A DNA stretch of 63,267 nt, the filler included, from Choristocarpus tenellus KU-1152 (taxonomy: Eukaryota > Protista > Phaeophyceae): NCBI GenBank assembly GCA_964200185.2. It is 9 parts of 9 records of this genome, joined end to end, with 100 filler letters (N's around TTAATTAATTAA, not from the genome) between each part and the next. Parts side by side here need not be neighbours in the genome. Positions count along the whole stretch, not along the records: positions 20,749 to 31,835 come from CAXNAD020002515.1; positions 31,936 to 36,817 come from CAXNAD020012681.1; 7 more parts are not named here. One strand, given 5' to 3'. Positions 22,822-35,200 of this stretch are shown in pieces. The stretch's first letter is position 1. Every line of letters begins with the position of its first letter. A program made the position numbers and the translations under genes. The notes beneath the pieces are model-generated. The model was not told the DNA's origin. It worked only from the letters and a program-made list of their open reading frames with translations, and ran no database searches.

Positions 22822-24704
22822 TTACCACTTTTCCTTCCCCCTCCTCTTCTTACCCTTCTTTCCCTTTCGCGTTTTATTACGAGTCCCTGCGTCCCTGCCC
22901 CCAGACACCTCGCCACCTCCCTCCACTCCATCCACATCTTCAATAACAGCTTCCACAACAGTTGTTGGCGGGAAAGCGTCTATTTCTTCAACTGCAACCC
23001 CATCTCCACCTATCACCACTGTGGCCTTACCATCTTCCCCTCCCCCCTCCTTGTCAACCTCCTCAGTGGTGCTAATATCGGTGCTTCGCTTGACTGGGGG
23101 TAGCACCCCTCTCTCCTCCAGGTCACGGTTCAGGGCCACAGCTTGTGCGTAGCTCAGCTGGTTCACATCCTCTAGAGTGCGCTTTAGGCCGGCAAACAAA
23201 CCACCAGTATCTTTGCTCCCCTCCTCAACCACTACCTTCTCAGTGTCTGCTTCAATGCTCTCCTTTGTGGATGCTGTCACAGCAGCTTTTGACGCACCCT
23301 TGACCTTGCCAGTGACGTTTGTCTGGTCTTCCGGAATGGGAGGCGGTCTGACCTTCTTCCTCGAGGCAACATTGGGCTTAGCGGTCTTTTGCTTGATGGC
23401 ACGATTGCGTCGGTCGCTGCGGTTGGGCACCTTTCGTTCCTTCTCGAGTTGCCTCTCCACAATCTTAAGGGCTGAGCGTTTTGTCTTGACCTTTTTGGTA
23501 GGGTGGGGAGTCATTTGGGTAAGGGGTTGTGGTGTTCATTGGGGCATACACATGGGGTAGGTGCTCGAAGACTTACGGAGTAACAGGGAATGTCGTGATT
23601 AAATGAACAAGAGTGTAGAGGTGTAACACAACCTAGATTTTCATCTGTTCAATGTGACTTGTGACAATGTAACAGCAGAAAATGAAGACAAGACAGGAAA
23701 AAAAGAGTATCCATAGATCAAGAAACCCCGAGAATAATGTCATGATCGGGATGTAAATATTTGGCATGTACAACGAGTAGATCAGGAAGTATTCTTGGTG
23801 ATTCAAGACAAGATTACAACTGCCACAATGTCGGACGCAAATGCGTACACCATCTCGACAGATGAAAGCGCTCGAGCTAGGTCGAAAAAGTGCATTTAGA
23901 GAAGAAGGATCTCACCTCCTCTACCCAGAGGTAGTAAGTAGTTCCTAGAACACCAAGGTCGAGTAGAGGGTTGGGAAGATTCTCACTCAGGTCCTTGACG
24001 CCATCCACACCTGCCATGCCGGCCAGCGACAACCCCCCAAGCACCATAGCCGTAGCCGCAAAGATGCCAAAGGTTACAAGCCTGACCTTGCGAAAGGGCG
24101 CCCCCTCTATCTCACGGTCGACAACCTCCTGCTCAAACCCATAGATTCCTCGATTTTCTGGTGGGGGGAAGGCAAGAAATCAAATTATTTAGAGCAACAA
24201 GGGAAGCCAAGTCAAGCCAATAGCAGGACACAACAAACTCAGGGCAAGAGGCAATAGGCATATTTTTTGCTAGGAAGAGCAGGCAAGGATACTGAAACAT
24301 AGCGTGGGTGAGGGGTACAAATACTGAAAGGATTGCGACGAGTTGATGTGGTCAAGTGTTCCAAACATGAACAAACGTGAAGACAAGTGTTACACGCATC
24401 GACAATTGTACGGGGACCCAGTCATAGTACCTCCACGCCCTGCTTCCCTCTCAGCTTAGATACCTCCTTGCGAGGAGCCCTTTCCATCCCCCTCGTTCCC
24501 GGCCCGCGCCAGCAATAAGCAAGACCTAGACTGGTGTGGATGACCAGGTGATGCCCAAGTTCGCTTTGTTAGATGTCCTCCCGTATATCCTCTCGATGCC
24601 ACTATCAAACTACTTCGTATGGGGCATGGGGTGAGAAAAGCAGCGGTGTTGACCATGAGAGCAACACCTACTACCACAACCGCAGGAGTCCGCATCAGTC
24701 GCAT
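22822..24704 (-). CDS. Plastid-targeted DUF3493/LPA1-like membrane protein with a charged C-terminal tail (3 exons: 24704-24464, 24157-23916, 23490-22822)
   Basis: All junctions are GT-AG and in phase. Leader MRLMRTPAVVVVGVALMVNTAA-FLTP is ASAFAP-like. Exon 2 EIEGAPFRKVRLVTFGIFAATAMVLGG...NPLLDLGVLGTTYYLWVEE matches the two-TM APFR motif of DUF3493/LPA1. Confidence 0.8.
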
Positions 24705-24921
24705 TGTGCCTTGTCCTACAAGATAAATTTCCAGTTGAAGTGAAGTTAATGTAAAGTGAGAGAAAAAAACTAGGGTTAGGGTGCTGTTGATTGGAAACTT
24801 TGACCCCAACCATTGATCTACGTTCAAGACCTTTCGTTCAGGCAGGGAGTCCTGCTTCCATTTCGTTCCCATTGCAATCTTGACGGTAGTATTCTGCTAC
24901 ATCCTTTCTGCTCTAGGGGAA
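24705..24921. promoter_or_regulatory. Compact bidirectional promoter/5' UTR region
   Basis: Only 217 bp separate the inferred divergent start codons; contains TAGGGTTAGGG at 24771-24781. Confidence 0.55.
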
Positions 24922-27018
24922 ATGGTTGTTGCAATGGAGCTTCGCTATTCAAAAAGTTCAGTGGACCCTAATCCATGCCTTATTGCTGCTCGATATGCTG
25001 GGGTGAAGGTCTCTCCTGTGGCCGATGATGCCACCAAGGGGCTGGTATTGAAGACTCCAAAGGGAAGTATTGATGGGGCTACAGCTACTCTAAGGTAACT
25101 TCCTTAAAAGAGTAGAATATGTGCACCTGTGGCAGTTTCCAATCTCGATCATTTGATCATGTAGTTGAGGTCAGAAGAGTACTTCATTGATGTTGCTTGC
25201 ATTTGTCCTTTGGCTTTTTTCTACTGTCCCAAAGGTTGCAACTACCTTGTTATCTCTTGCACTGGATAGTCTAGGAAAGGAAAGGCTAAGTGGACTAACG
25301 TTCAGCTCCGATTACTCGAATGCTTGTCTGTTGAGCATTCTGTTCAGTGCACACTGCACACACACAGCGGTATCATTTTGCCCCTCCAACTCTTGCGTTT
25401 CAATTCAAACCCTTCACTTTCCTGCTAGGTACATCTGCGGCCTAAACCCTACAGCAAATCTCGAGGGCAAGGGCCACTTCGGGGCAGGGCAGGTGGACCA
25501 GTGGGTGGAGTTCGCGGCCAACGAGTTGTGCTACATGGAGGTAGATGTCAAAAACGTGGAACAGGTGTTGTGCATTTAATCGGTGAAGAGAACTACTCAT
25601 CAGACCGCCCTAAAACATCGTTCTTAACGAAACACACCGCCCGAATGAAGGAGATAAGAGTCGCCATCTCCGACCTCATCGAGCGTGCTGCTTCCTCACC
25701 TGTTAACTTTCGACTAGAAATGGTCTTAAGTTATTGATCACTTGGGCATGTGCGAGAGGGACTTTGGAGTGCACCCTAAGCTTGCTGAGGGAATTCCCCA
25801 GGGATTCCGGGTGTCATGACTTCCTTCTACTGTCGAAATCGTGACAGTTACGCATCCTTCCATGCTTGATACCTCTCAGTTCTCTTCTGGAGTTGGCGTG
25901 ATGGTGCAACGTCCTCGAGAGACAATCGTTCTTTTGGTTTCAAATTTAACATATTTCATTTCAAACCGCCTGGAACCACAGCCAGAAACCAACACAGTTC
26001 CTTCATCCCCATAACCGCGTTACCTATCGACCCATGATTGCTACTGTATGCTGCTGTATGTTATACATTCTCAACTGCAATATTCATATCTACCAGCCCT
26101 CCCCCCCCCGGCAGGGCACCTCCTTGGAGGCCTCAGCTCACGCCTCACGATCTATATCTGTGTTAGAATCTCACTTAATGGAGAGAACGTACTTGGTTGG
26201 GGAGCGGGTAACGATGGCAGACATTGCTATGACGTGTGCAATAGTATTCTTGGGGGAGGCTGCCGGCAAATTGGGAGTTTCCATCTCACGTTGGTTGGAT
26301 ACTTGCAGGAACCAGCCGCACTTCAGGTGAAAAAATAAAAATTATTGCAGGACTGAAGTTAGGAGTGAATGAGTTGGTGCTTTCAATTTACTCTGAAATT
26401 CTGGGGGGTTGGGAGGAGATGGGTGTTTTAGTATATGATGTTTGTTTGTGTGGGACATCCTACATTTGTGGGTGCTTTCAGTGCTGAAGGTTAGGGTTAC
26501 TGCATTGGCTCCTCTTCCTCAGAGACTTTGAGATTGGTTGTACAATCAATCTTTACGTATGGTTCCTTACTACTTTGGAGTTTGAGGATTAGGATGAGGG
26601 ATAGTTTTTGCTTAGTTGATTCTTGCAGCTACAGAAAACAATGAGAATATCTATTTCGGTGCATGTCCATCTGTTTTTAGTGTAACTGCATCCTGGGTCT
26701 TTTTTTAGTGTAAAATTCTCCATCTTTCCCCTCTGGTTCTAAAAAAGGGTCATTTTTGAAGGACAGGATGAAGCTTTGGCAGCAACATCTTCCTCTTCTT
26801 GTGTATTGGAAGGCGTGTCTACTGCAGTTGGTGGGGAGGAGCTACGTGTGCTGGGGGCGGGTGAAGTGGATGGGGAGGATAATGCAGCGTTATCAAAGCT
26901 CAAAGAGCTAGGGGTTGAGACTGTGACTTGGGCTCATGCCGCTGCCCAGACGGTGGATGAACAGATGAAGGTCATTGGCGGGCTGGAGGGGGAGAAGACC
27001 AAGAACCTGTTTCTCAGG
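24922..27018 (+). CDS. GST-like (EF1Bgamma/aaRS-type) domain fused to a YbaK/ProXp-ala editing domain; likely N-terminus of cytosolic prolyl-tRNA synthetase (exons 24922-25094, 25429-25564, 26115-26326, 26748-27018; 3' part not in window)
   Basis: In-phase GT-AG junctions. Motifs LIAARYAGV, LRYI..GQVDQWVEFA and LESHLMERTYLVGERVTMADIA..RWLDTCRNQPHF (GST-like), then LKELGV..HAAAQTVDEQ..KTKNLFLR (ProX/YbaK KNLFLRD motif). Confidence 0.8.
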
Positions 27019-27689
27019 GTGAGTGGGTGACTGGCCATTTCTTGGGCTTTGTTGTACTGCAGGAGTGATATGGTATTGCATGGATGTATGCAGAGTATTT
27101 TTCTTTTGCTTTGGGGTTTATTGTACTTGGATGGCTATTTCAGTTACAAAATGAACGAAACTAGGGAGAGGTAGCCCAAATGTTGATGTAGGTACTCTAT
27201 CTTCATGGGATACACGCAATCAGAGACTAACACGAAGTTTTTCTACTTCCACAAAAACAATTTTTTCGTTTCTTGGGTAGTATGGTGCATCTGAGTCAGA
27301 CCATAGGAAATAGGTAGGCGTTACCCTCTTTATTAGGGAAGGGATGGGTGTGGAGTATGGAGTAAGGGGATGGGGAAGATTGAGATTGAAGGGTTGGTAT
27401 TTCGGTTTTTGAATCAGACACTAGAGTGAACAATTCTACATTTTCTAGAGAACACAACATTTTGTGGGAGTTGTATGTTGGTTGGGTTAAGAGGTGTTTT
27501 TTGTTAATGTTATTGTTCAATTCAACTTTGGGGTGGTAAGGATAATGCAGATTGTTATAATTTGGGAGTTCTTAGTGAGTTATGCCAATATTGGAGGATG
27601 ATAATTTTAGCAGTGGATGCTCTACTTCATTGTGTTGTAAGTATAATGATACCATTAAAAGTATAGGGTGTTTCAAGGCAAATATGTCC

Positions 27690-28250
27690 CATTGGCTGAC
27701 TGTGACACACAGATCATCTTATTGGCTGCGAATGATATACAGACCATGCTATTGGTTGTAAATTACACCCACATGACGCTATTGCCTAAGAATGAAGTAG
27801 AAACCATGGTCTTGATTATAAACGGGGTACAGACTATTCAATTGGTTATAATTTGCAGAGAGGCCATTCTGTAGATTTCAATTGGTTATAATTTGCAGAG
27901 AGGTCATCCTGTTGATTTTAATTGGTTATAATTTGCAGAGAGGCCATTCTGTTGATTTCCATTGGTTGTAATTTGCAGAGAGGCCATTCTGTTGATTTCC
28001 ATTGGTTGTAATTTGCAGAAAGGCCATTCTGTTGATTTCCATTGGTTGTAATTTGCAGAGAGGCCATTCTGTTGATTTCAATTGGCGCACAGATCATTCT
28101 GTTGTAAATTGCACAGAGGCCATCCTGTTGGTTCAAAATGATGCACAGGTCACGATATTGGTTGTAGATGACATGCCGGCTATTCGATTGTTTGGAAATG
28201 ACACAGACCATCCTATTGGTTGTGAATACGGGTCATATTATTGGTTGTTA
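27690..28250. repeat. Minisatellite: about 30-bp ATTGG monomers with a homogeneous 40-bp x6 core (27841-28080)
   Basis: ATTGGTT(A/G)TAATTTGCAGAGAGGCCATTCTGTTGATTTC starts at 27841, 27881, 27921, 27961, 28001 and 28041. Confidence 0.93.
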
Positions 28251-28634
28251 ATCACTCAGAACATGAAATTAGCGAGTCGTTGATGCTTTTTTGTAGATAC
28301 TCTATAACTCTAACAATATAGACACTGGCTTCACTCTCTAAAAAACACACTACCAACTGTTAGGATGGGCACACTAGATCAAATGATGATATCCTCTCAC
28401 GGGAAAAAATTGAATGTGGCAGGAGGGGGGGGGGGTGGGTGACCATCGTATTCTTTGTGAAGAGTAGACTTCTGTTGGCCATGTCAATGCTAGCAATCCA
28501 TCAAGCATAACCCTAGCATAGGTCAATATGAAGAGGCTTCCCATACAGCAGTTGATACAATCTGATTGGTGAAAATTACTTCAACATATTGACTCCAATG
28601 TATTCAATACAGCTTCATCCCTTGGTAATTTAGG

Positions 28635-28655
28635 TAACCCTAACCCTAACCCTAA
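28635..28655 (-). repeat. Interstitial telomeric repeat (TAACCC)3
   Basis: TAACCCTAACCCTAACCCTAA. Confidence 0.85.
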
Positions 28656-28729
28656 TTTAAATCGTGTGCACCAGGTCATCATCTTTGCCAATAACGCCTC
28701 CAAAAAACACACTCTTGAGAACTGTTGAT

Positions 28730-29160
28730 TGTGAATGGTGTCCGGACCCTTCTGCTGGTTGTATATTATTGTGTGTGACCATTCAGTTGGTTTTGAAATG
28801 TACATACAGGCCGTGATATTGGTTGTAGATAACATACAGGGTATTCAATTGGTTGAAAATGACACACTGACTGTTCTATAGGCTGTAAACGAAATACAGA
28901 CCACACTATTGCTTGTAGATGACATACAGGCTATTCGTTCGTTTGGAAATGATACAGAGACCGTTCAATTGGCTGTAAATGAATACAGACCACACTATTG
29001 GTTGTAGATGACATAAAGAATATTCGATGGGTTGAAAATGTTACACAGACCGTTCTATTGGCTGTAAATGAAATGCAGACCACGCTATTGGTTGTAGATG
29101 GTATACAGACTGTTCTCTTGGTTGAAAGTGATACATAAGTCGTCCTATTGGCTATTGATG
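28730..29160. repeat. Minisatellite: 30-bp monomer with a 90-bp (3-mer) higher-order period
   Basis: Cycling monomers ATTGGTTGTAGATGACATACAG.., ATTGGTTGAAAATGACAC.., ATTGGCTGTAAATGAAATACAGACCACACT. Confidence 0.9.
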
Positions 29161-29523
29161 TCTGGCAAACCAATACGGCAGTCGTTGGTTTTGTTTTGTC
29201 CATTCTCTATTCTTCTCAATTCGTGTTTTTTCGTGACCAGTGTTTTTATTACGATGTTACTATAGTTGCTTGCCTACTATTTTGGAAGGTTAGTCACGGA
29301 TTGGATTGGATTGGATTGCATTAAATAGGATTAAGTAGAATTGGATTGAATGAGATTAGTGGTAGAACGATATCAATCTTTATGTTTGTTATCTCCTGCC
29401 CATGCTGTAGTTAGCTCTCTAACTACAGCAGGAATTTGAACATCTCCTGGTATGGTCAATAGGATGTAACTGTTTCACCTATGGGCCATACCACACCAAA
29501 CAGTCAAGTAGATACAGAGGGAC

Positions 29524-29549
29524 AGGGTTAGGGTTAGGGTTAGGGTTAG
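29524..29549 (+). repeat. Interstitial telomeric repeat (TTAGGG)4 followed by T10
   Basis: AGGGTTAGGGTTAGGGTTAGGGTTAG then TTTTTTTTTT. Confidence 0.9.
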
Positions 29550-30443
29550 TTTTTTTTTTCCAAGACCGAACTGACACTGCCTGTTAATTTTTTTTTGGTG
29601 AAGGGTGGCATTCTGTGCTGCCTGATCTCCTTTGCCAAGATTGAAGTACCCTGGGTTAAAGGGGGTCCTAGGCAATTTAGGAGTTTGTTGTGATGTTTGC
29701 CAATAAATAGTGTTCCCATTGTGATCGTTGCTGTTCCTACAGTTCAGAAAGATGGCTAAGAAGACACAGTGAGAGTGAAGTCTGAGGCTTAAATGATTAG
29801 CATCCGGCAGAACATAGATGTCAGTTGTTGTCTTCCCGGGCAGACAAGGAGATTTGCTCGGCCTTGTCCACTAGAAACGACTTTCTCCAGATATTGAAAC
29901 CCATACAGTACATAAAAACATATATTTATACATTTATATTTATATGTTTTTTTAATTTGCCAATGCATTACTAATCTCAAGTGCCACTATCCTACGGCAT
30001 CGTTGGTCTGAATTTGTGTGTACCTAGTCACAATCAGATTGATCTGCTTGAGGAGATCACTCTCTTCTTGGGCATTGCACTAGATAAGTCAGGACCATCA
30101 CTCTCCCAGTGGGCACGCAGGAATGTGTTTGTTTAGTAGTCTCTCCTTCAAAATCGGACATGGGATGAGTGGTGTGGACTATGCATTTCACCACAGGAGA
30201 TTAGTATGGTATATACTCGAACAGATTAGTATGGTATACACAACAGATTAGTATGGTGTTGAGAGTTGCTGGAATTGTCTTCTGGATGCGGTTGAGTATG
30301 TATTGGTATGTATTGGTATGTATTGATGAAGGCTAAGGCTGTCATCAAGGGGCGATGATTGTATTAACAATAGGATGAGAAAAGTAGTTTTTAAAATTAT
30401 TTTTATTTTGAATTTCAGGATACACAAAAGCAAGGTACAATGA

Positions 30444-30478
30444 AGGGTTAGGGTTAGGGTTAGGGTTAGGGTTAGGGT
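30444..30478 (+). repeat. Interstitial telomeric repeat (TTAGGG)5-6
   Basis: Direct reading. Shorter tracts also at 30587-30598, 38632-38661 and 62103-62118. Confidence 0.92.
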
Positions 30479-30796
30479 CATGTGCAATGAGCGTTTGGCA
30501 CTTGGCGTCTCTCAACAGTATCGTCTCAACAGTATCGACGATCAGTTGTTCTTCCAAGACTTTTTGGGAGAGCCAAGAATGAAGACTTAGGGTTAGGGAT
30601 AGAAGAACTCCGTACCGAGTTGATACTTTTCCAGTAGTAGAGGTGCAGACTGTGTGTGATAGAAATGTATGTGGAGATGAGGCAAAAATGAGAGAATCCC
30701 TGGAGTTGGTATTAAGTTAGTCAGGTCCAGGGTCCCGTTATTTGATCTATATATTAAGGTTTTCTGATCTCAGCGTTCCCATGTTGTGGTGAAGGG

Positions 30797-30904
30797 TGTT
30801 AGACAGGAATGTGTTAAGACAGGAATGTGCTAGACAGGAATGTGTTAGACAGGAATGTGCTAGACAGGAATGTGCTAGACAGGAATGTGCTAGACAGGAA
30901 TGTG
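30797..30904. repeat. 15-bp tandem repeat x7
   Basis: (TAGACAGGAATGTG[C/T])n. Confidence 0.93.
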
Positions 30905-31950
30905 AATCGAGCGTGACGTTGTTAGTGGTGGGGTATGAACAGTGATTATGTAACCATTGATATTGTTTAGGGGATACCTTGTACTGGAAGTGATGTACTT
31001 CATGCTGTCATAATGAGCCCTTGTTCCTTAGTTTGAGGAAATTTCTGGGTGGTTCGCTGCACGGTTTTGAGCCCCTCTCTACATCATCCCTGAGTGGGAG
31101 GGGGGGAGGAGGATCTGGGCCAGGGTTGTGACCCTGATTGATGGGGCCTATGGCTCACTCTCTTCCCTCTGCTAAACCTCTGAAGAGTAGGTGAAGGAGT
31201 ACATTGCCTGTCCTGACAAGGGCAGAATGTGGATGTCATGGTGAGACCGAGCCCCAGGGCCAGCTCCTGGGTCATCCCCCAGGGCTCCTTGTCGTTAGAC
31301 TGTTGAAGAAACCTTGGACTAATCTAGACACTGGAGCTGGGTTGTGCATGGCTTGGTTGCACCTGTGGTGTAATCTCCCCCTTTCCATTCTAATCTACTT
31401 TTGAGTATTTTTATTCTATCGTTGTGAACAACAGAGAAGAGGTCCTGTGGATCTCTGGGTCCAATCCTGGTTATGACCATGGGGGTAGGTACTTGTAGTT
31501 TAGAGCAATATTTGCTGTGATAGGTGTGTAACCAATGGGTCTTATGTTGGATTTTTTTTTGTGAGCACTGATTGCACGAGAGGGGTTGACGTGATGGCTT
31601 TGGAATAGGGAGGCATTGTATGGGGTTGAACCTTACCACTCCTGGTATCTGTTCGGGAGTGCTATCCATCGTTAAAGTTTGTGCCTCTTGGAATATTTTA
31701 ATGTAGTTTGATTGAAGAGTCTTAATTATTGATATAATGACTGAACTATGGTATTCAATGCCAAATTATATATTGTATGTAATGGATTTCTAGTCTTCCC
31801 CCCCCCCCCTTTTTCCCCCCCCCCCCCCCCCCCCCNNNNNNNNNNNNNNNNNNNNNNNNNNNNNNNNNNNNNNNNNNNNTTAATTAATTAANNNNNNNNN
31901 NNNNNNNNNNNNNNNNNNNNNNNNNNNNNNNNNNNAAATTACAATCCACT

Positions 31951-32126
31951 GACCCAAAATATCTGGGGGGGGGTGGATCTACACCAGGATGTCCATTCGG
32001 TCCAAAATCAGGAAAAGTGCATTTACATTATCCATCCGACATATGCAACCAAATCACCCAAAAATCGCGACATATAAAAATTGACCCCATATGGACAGCC
32101 GCCACCTCCCCCAGATATTTTGGGTC
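31951..32126 (+). mobile_element. MITE family C full copy, 4-bp TSD CACT
   Basis: TIRs GACCCAAAATATCTGGGGG / CCCCCAGATATTTTGGGTC; flanks CACT/CACT. Confidence 0.92.
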
Positions 32127-32299
32127 CACTGCCTCAGACTCATTTTGTTAATGCAGATAACATCCTCAGCAGTGAAGCATTCTTTCGAATTTATTGGATC
32201 AGTGGGTGAAGATTTCGTAGCATCTTGAATGTGTTGCACCAAGTGTGTTGTTGGCATACATCAGCAATTCAACATTACTCCAAACACCCTTGTACTTTG

Positions 32300-35200
32300 C
32301 AGGTTTAATCTCTTCGAGCACGGATTCCTCGCAAAATTGATGACAATTCAGTTTCACACATCACAGTTGATACACCAACTGACATCCTGGTCATTAGCTA
32401 TCGTGACATGCAAGCTCATCCCAACCTTTGTTTTGCTCACCTCAGTCCTATACCAGATGGTGCCTTACATTTAGAAGGGGTTGGGGGAAGACCTTTGCCA
32501 GTACAAGGCTCAATTCAATTTCAATTAACCTTGCGAAATAAAACACTACCTGTTCAAGGAGTTGTTTTACCCTCCCTAGGTGTTGACAAAATACTTTTGG
32601 GCAACAGTAGTATCATCATGGCTGCTTTTGCAGCGAAGTTGGGATTGGGATAGGGAAGAACTAACATTTTCTGGGAGCACAGTTCGCATTCCAGCCACTC
32701 ACAAAGTTTCTCCTGTACCCATTTTTAATCCACCATCAGTCAAAATAATGTTCAAATCTTTTCAACAGATATGACAGTGGCTACACTTTCAACTGAGTTT
32801 ACCATACCTGTACATGTAAGACATAAAACATATCTACCCCTGGGAACCGAAACTGTTGTTTCGTTGTGTTCTCAGGTCTTACCTTGATCAGCTAAAGATG
32901 CTGTAGTTGAGCCAATTGTCAAGACGAGCATAAATTTCATCAACCAGGGACATCAGGACTGGAAAGATATCATGGTCAGTTGGTCTTTAATTGTTTGGGA
33001 AGAGGATGGATCTTGCCTTGTCAAAATTGCCAACCCTTCCAACCATGGTGTTAAGATACTTCCTCGATTTGTTGTAGGTCATATAGCACCAATGGATCAA
33101 ATTCACACCCTTTCTGAAGCACAGACCAGTACCATCGCGACCATTCCGAGCACTCCAGAGGAGCCAAACAAGCCCGTGATGAGTTAAAAGAGGTTTTCGG
33201 TAAAAAAACCCTGGTAGATACAGTGTTATCTGACCTAATGAACAAGAAGAACTACTTAACCTTGGGCTAAATGTCGACCTGTATTTTCACTCACTTCTGA
33301 GGAACTAGGCTGTTTCAATAATACCAGTGTTGAATTTCCACTTAAACCAGGTACAGTTCCTGTGAATCGTCCACCATATCGGACTCCACCCAAAATACGT
33401 GAAAAAATCCGTATTTGTGTGGAGAACATGGAAAATCAGGGAATAATTCAACCCTCCTCAAGTCCTTGGGCGTCACTGGAAACCATAGTTACAAAACCTG
33501 ATGGGTCTCCTCGATTCTGTGCAGACTTTAGGGTCTCATTGAACAAAAAATTGGTACGTAATTCCTGCCCGTTACCATCTATGGAAGATTGTTTGGGTAC
33601 ACTAAGGGGAACAAAATACCTGTCGTGTCTCAATGTTCAGTCAGCCTACCTGCAACTACCCATCACCGATGCCAGCGAACACCAAAAAACTGCCTTTGTC
33701 ACTCTGGAAGGAAAATACGAATTCAAAAGGCTACCCTTTGGTGTTGCTAACGCTCTATGGATATATCAACGTTTCATGTCAGAAACTTTTTCGACTCTAG
33801 GACCGAGTATAGACTTACTGATTTATCTTGATGACATTGTACTAGCCTTCACAACGTGGAACCAGCATATCCAACTTCTTGAGAGCATATTGTCGTTATT
33901 ACAGCAAGTAGGAGTTACCCTCAAACCATTTAAAGCCCAATTTGACTCAAATCAATGTATTATTTGGGACATGAAGTCAGCCCCAGTGGTATTGGTGTAT
34001 CACCAGATCGAATCCAGGCTATTACCGCTCTGAAAGCCCCTAAACCTGCGAAGGAATTATAATCCTTTCTAGGTTCCATGAACTTTGTTAGGAAATACAT
34101 TCCCCATTTAGCTACAATAACCGAACCCCTGGTGTCACTTACAAGGAAAAGTACAAAAAAATTGGAAGAGACAAAAGTTTATCTCAAGTATGGGGACGAC
34201 CACAGCAAAAAATTTCTAATGAGTGTAAACGCCAGTTTTAAGCTTTCCAGATTTTACTCAAGAGTTCTTATTCAAGTGGACGCTAGCGATTTTGGCATGG
34301 GAGCTTTCTTGGCACATAAAAATGAGGATGATAGTTTCCAAATTGTAGCCTACAATAGTGCTCTTCTTAAGCCAACCCAAAAAGACGATATTCAGCAAAT
34401 CAGAAAGTATATCTGGCCGTCATCCTTGCCATAACACATTGGCGCCCTTATACTTGGGGTAAGCCCTTTACAGTTGTGAGTGATCATTCAGCATTACGTT
34501 GGTACATATAATGCAACGTACTTTCAATATATTGACCAGATGGACCTTAGCCTTACAAGCTTTTGACTTCACAGTTTTACATAAACCAGGACGTTTACAC
34601 TACATTCCGGATATGTTATCCCGGACATGGTTGAAGGAATTTATGTTGGATGAAACACCACTTCCACTAGCCCCACTGTGCCGCAATATAGGCCAAACAG
34701 AGTTGGATATCTCCACATCCAAGGTTTACCCTGCATATGATCTATCAGTGGATAAATCTAGGTGAAATTACCAGAGTACAAAACGATACGGAACTATTCA
34801 CTAGCGCCATTAATGTTTTCCCAACAGTGGATCCTGAAGTACTATTCAAAGCTCAACAAGCTCAATATGGAGACTATTTCAAATATTTGGCTAATCCAGA
34901 AGAAGCCCTTTTAATACTAAAAACGAAACAATGTATACCATGTCTTACTTCTTCACACCAGAAATGGAAGGCAAACAGATGTTATACAAATCGTATCAAC
35001 CCGGTCACCTTCAAAATAACGATAAATTCCGAGATCAATTAGTGGTGCCCACTGAGGTACAAGGTTAATACTCCATGCCCTTCATGATCATAATAAGGTC
35101 TCAGGAAACCTTGCATTCAAGCACACTTTTGACCGGATTCGTGACCGTTTTTGGTGGCCCACTTTACGTTAAGATGTTCGATCTTGGTGTGAAACATATC

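Noticed and set aside
23177-23560. Antisense ORFs opposite real exons (also 9059-9319, 41752-42117, 62585-62929)
   Set aside because: Shadow frames of coding exons on the other strand.
24922-27018. Call as elongation factor 1B-gamma or a glutathione S-transferase
   Set aside because: The GST-like domain is followed by a ProX/YbaK motif rather than the EF1G C-terminal domain.
27841-28080. CRISPR array or repeat-protein ORFs (27918-28211, 28002-28283)
   Set aside because: Head-to-tail 40-bp units with no spacers; the period is not a multiple of 3.
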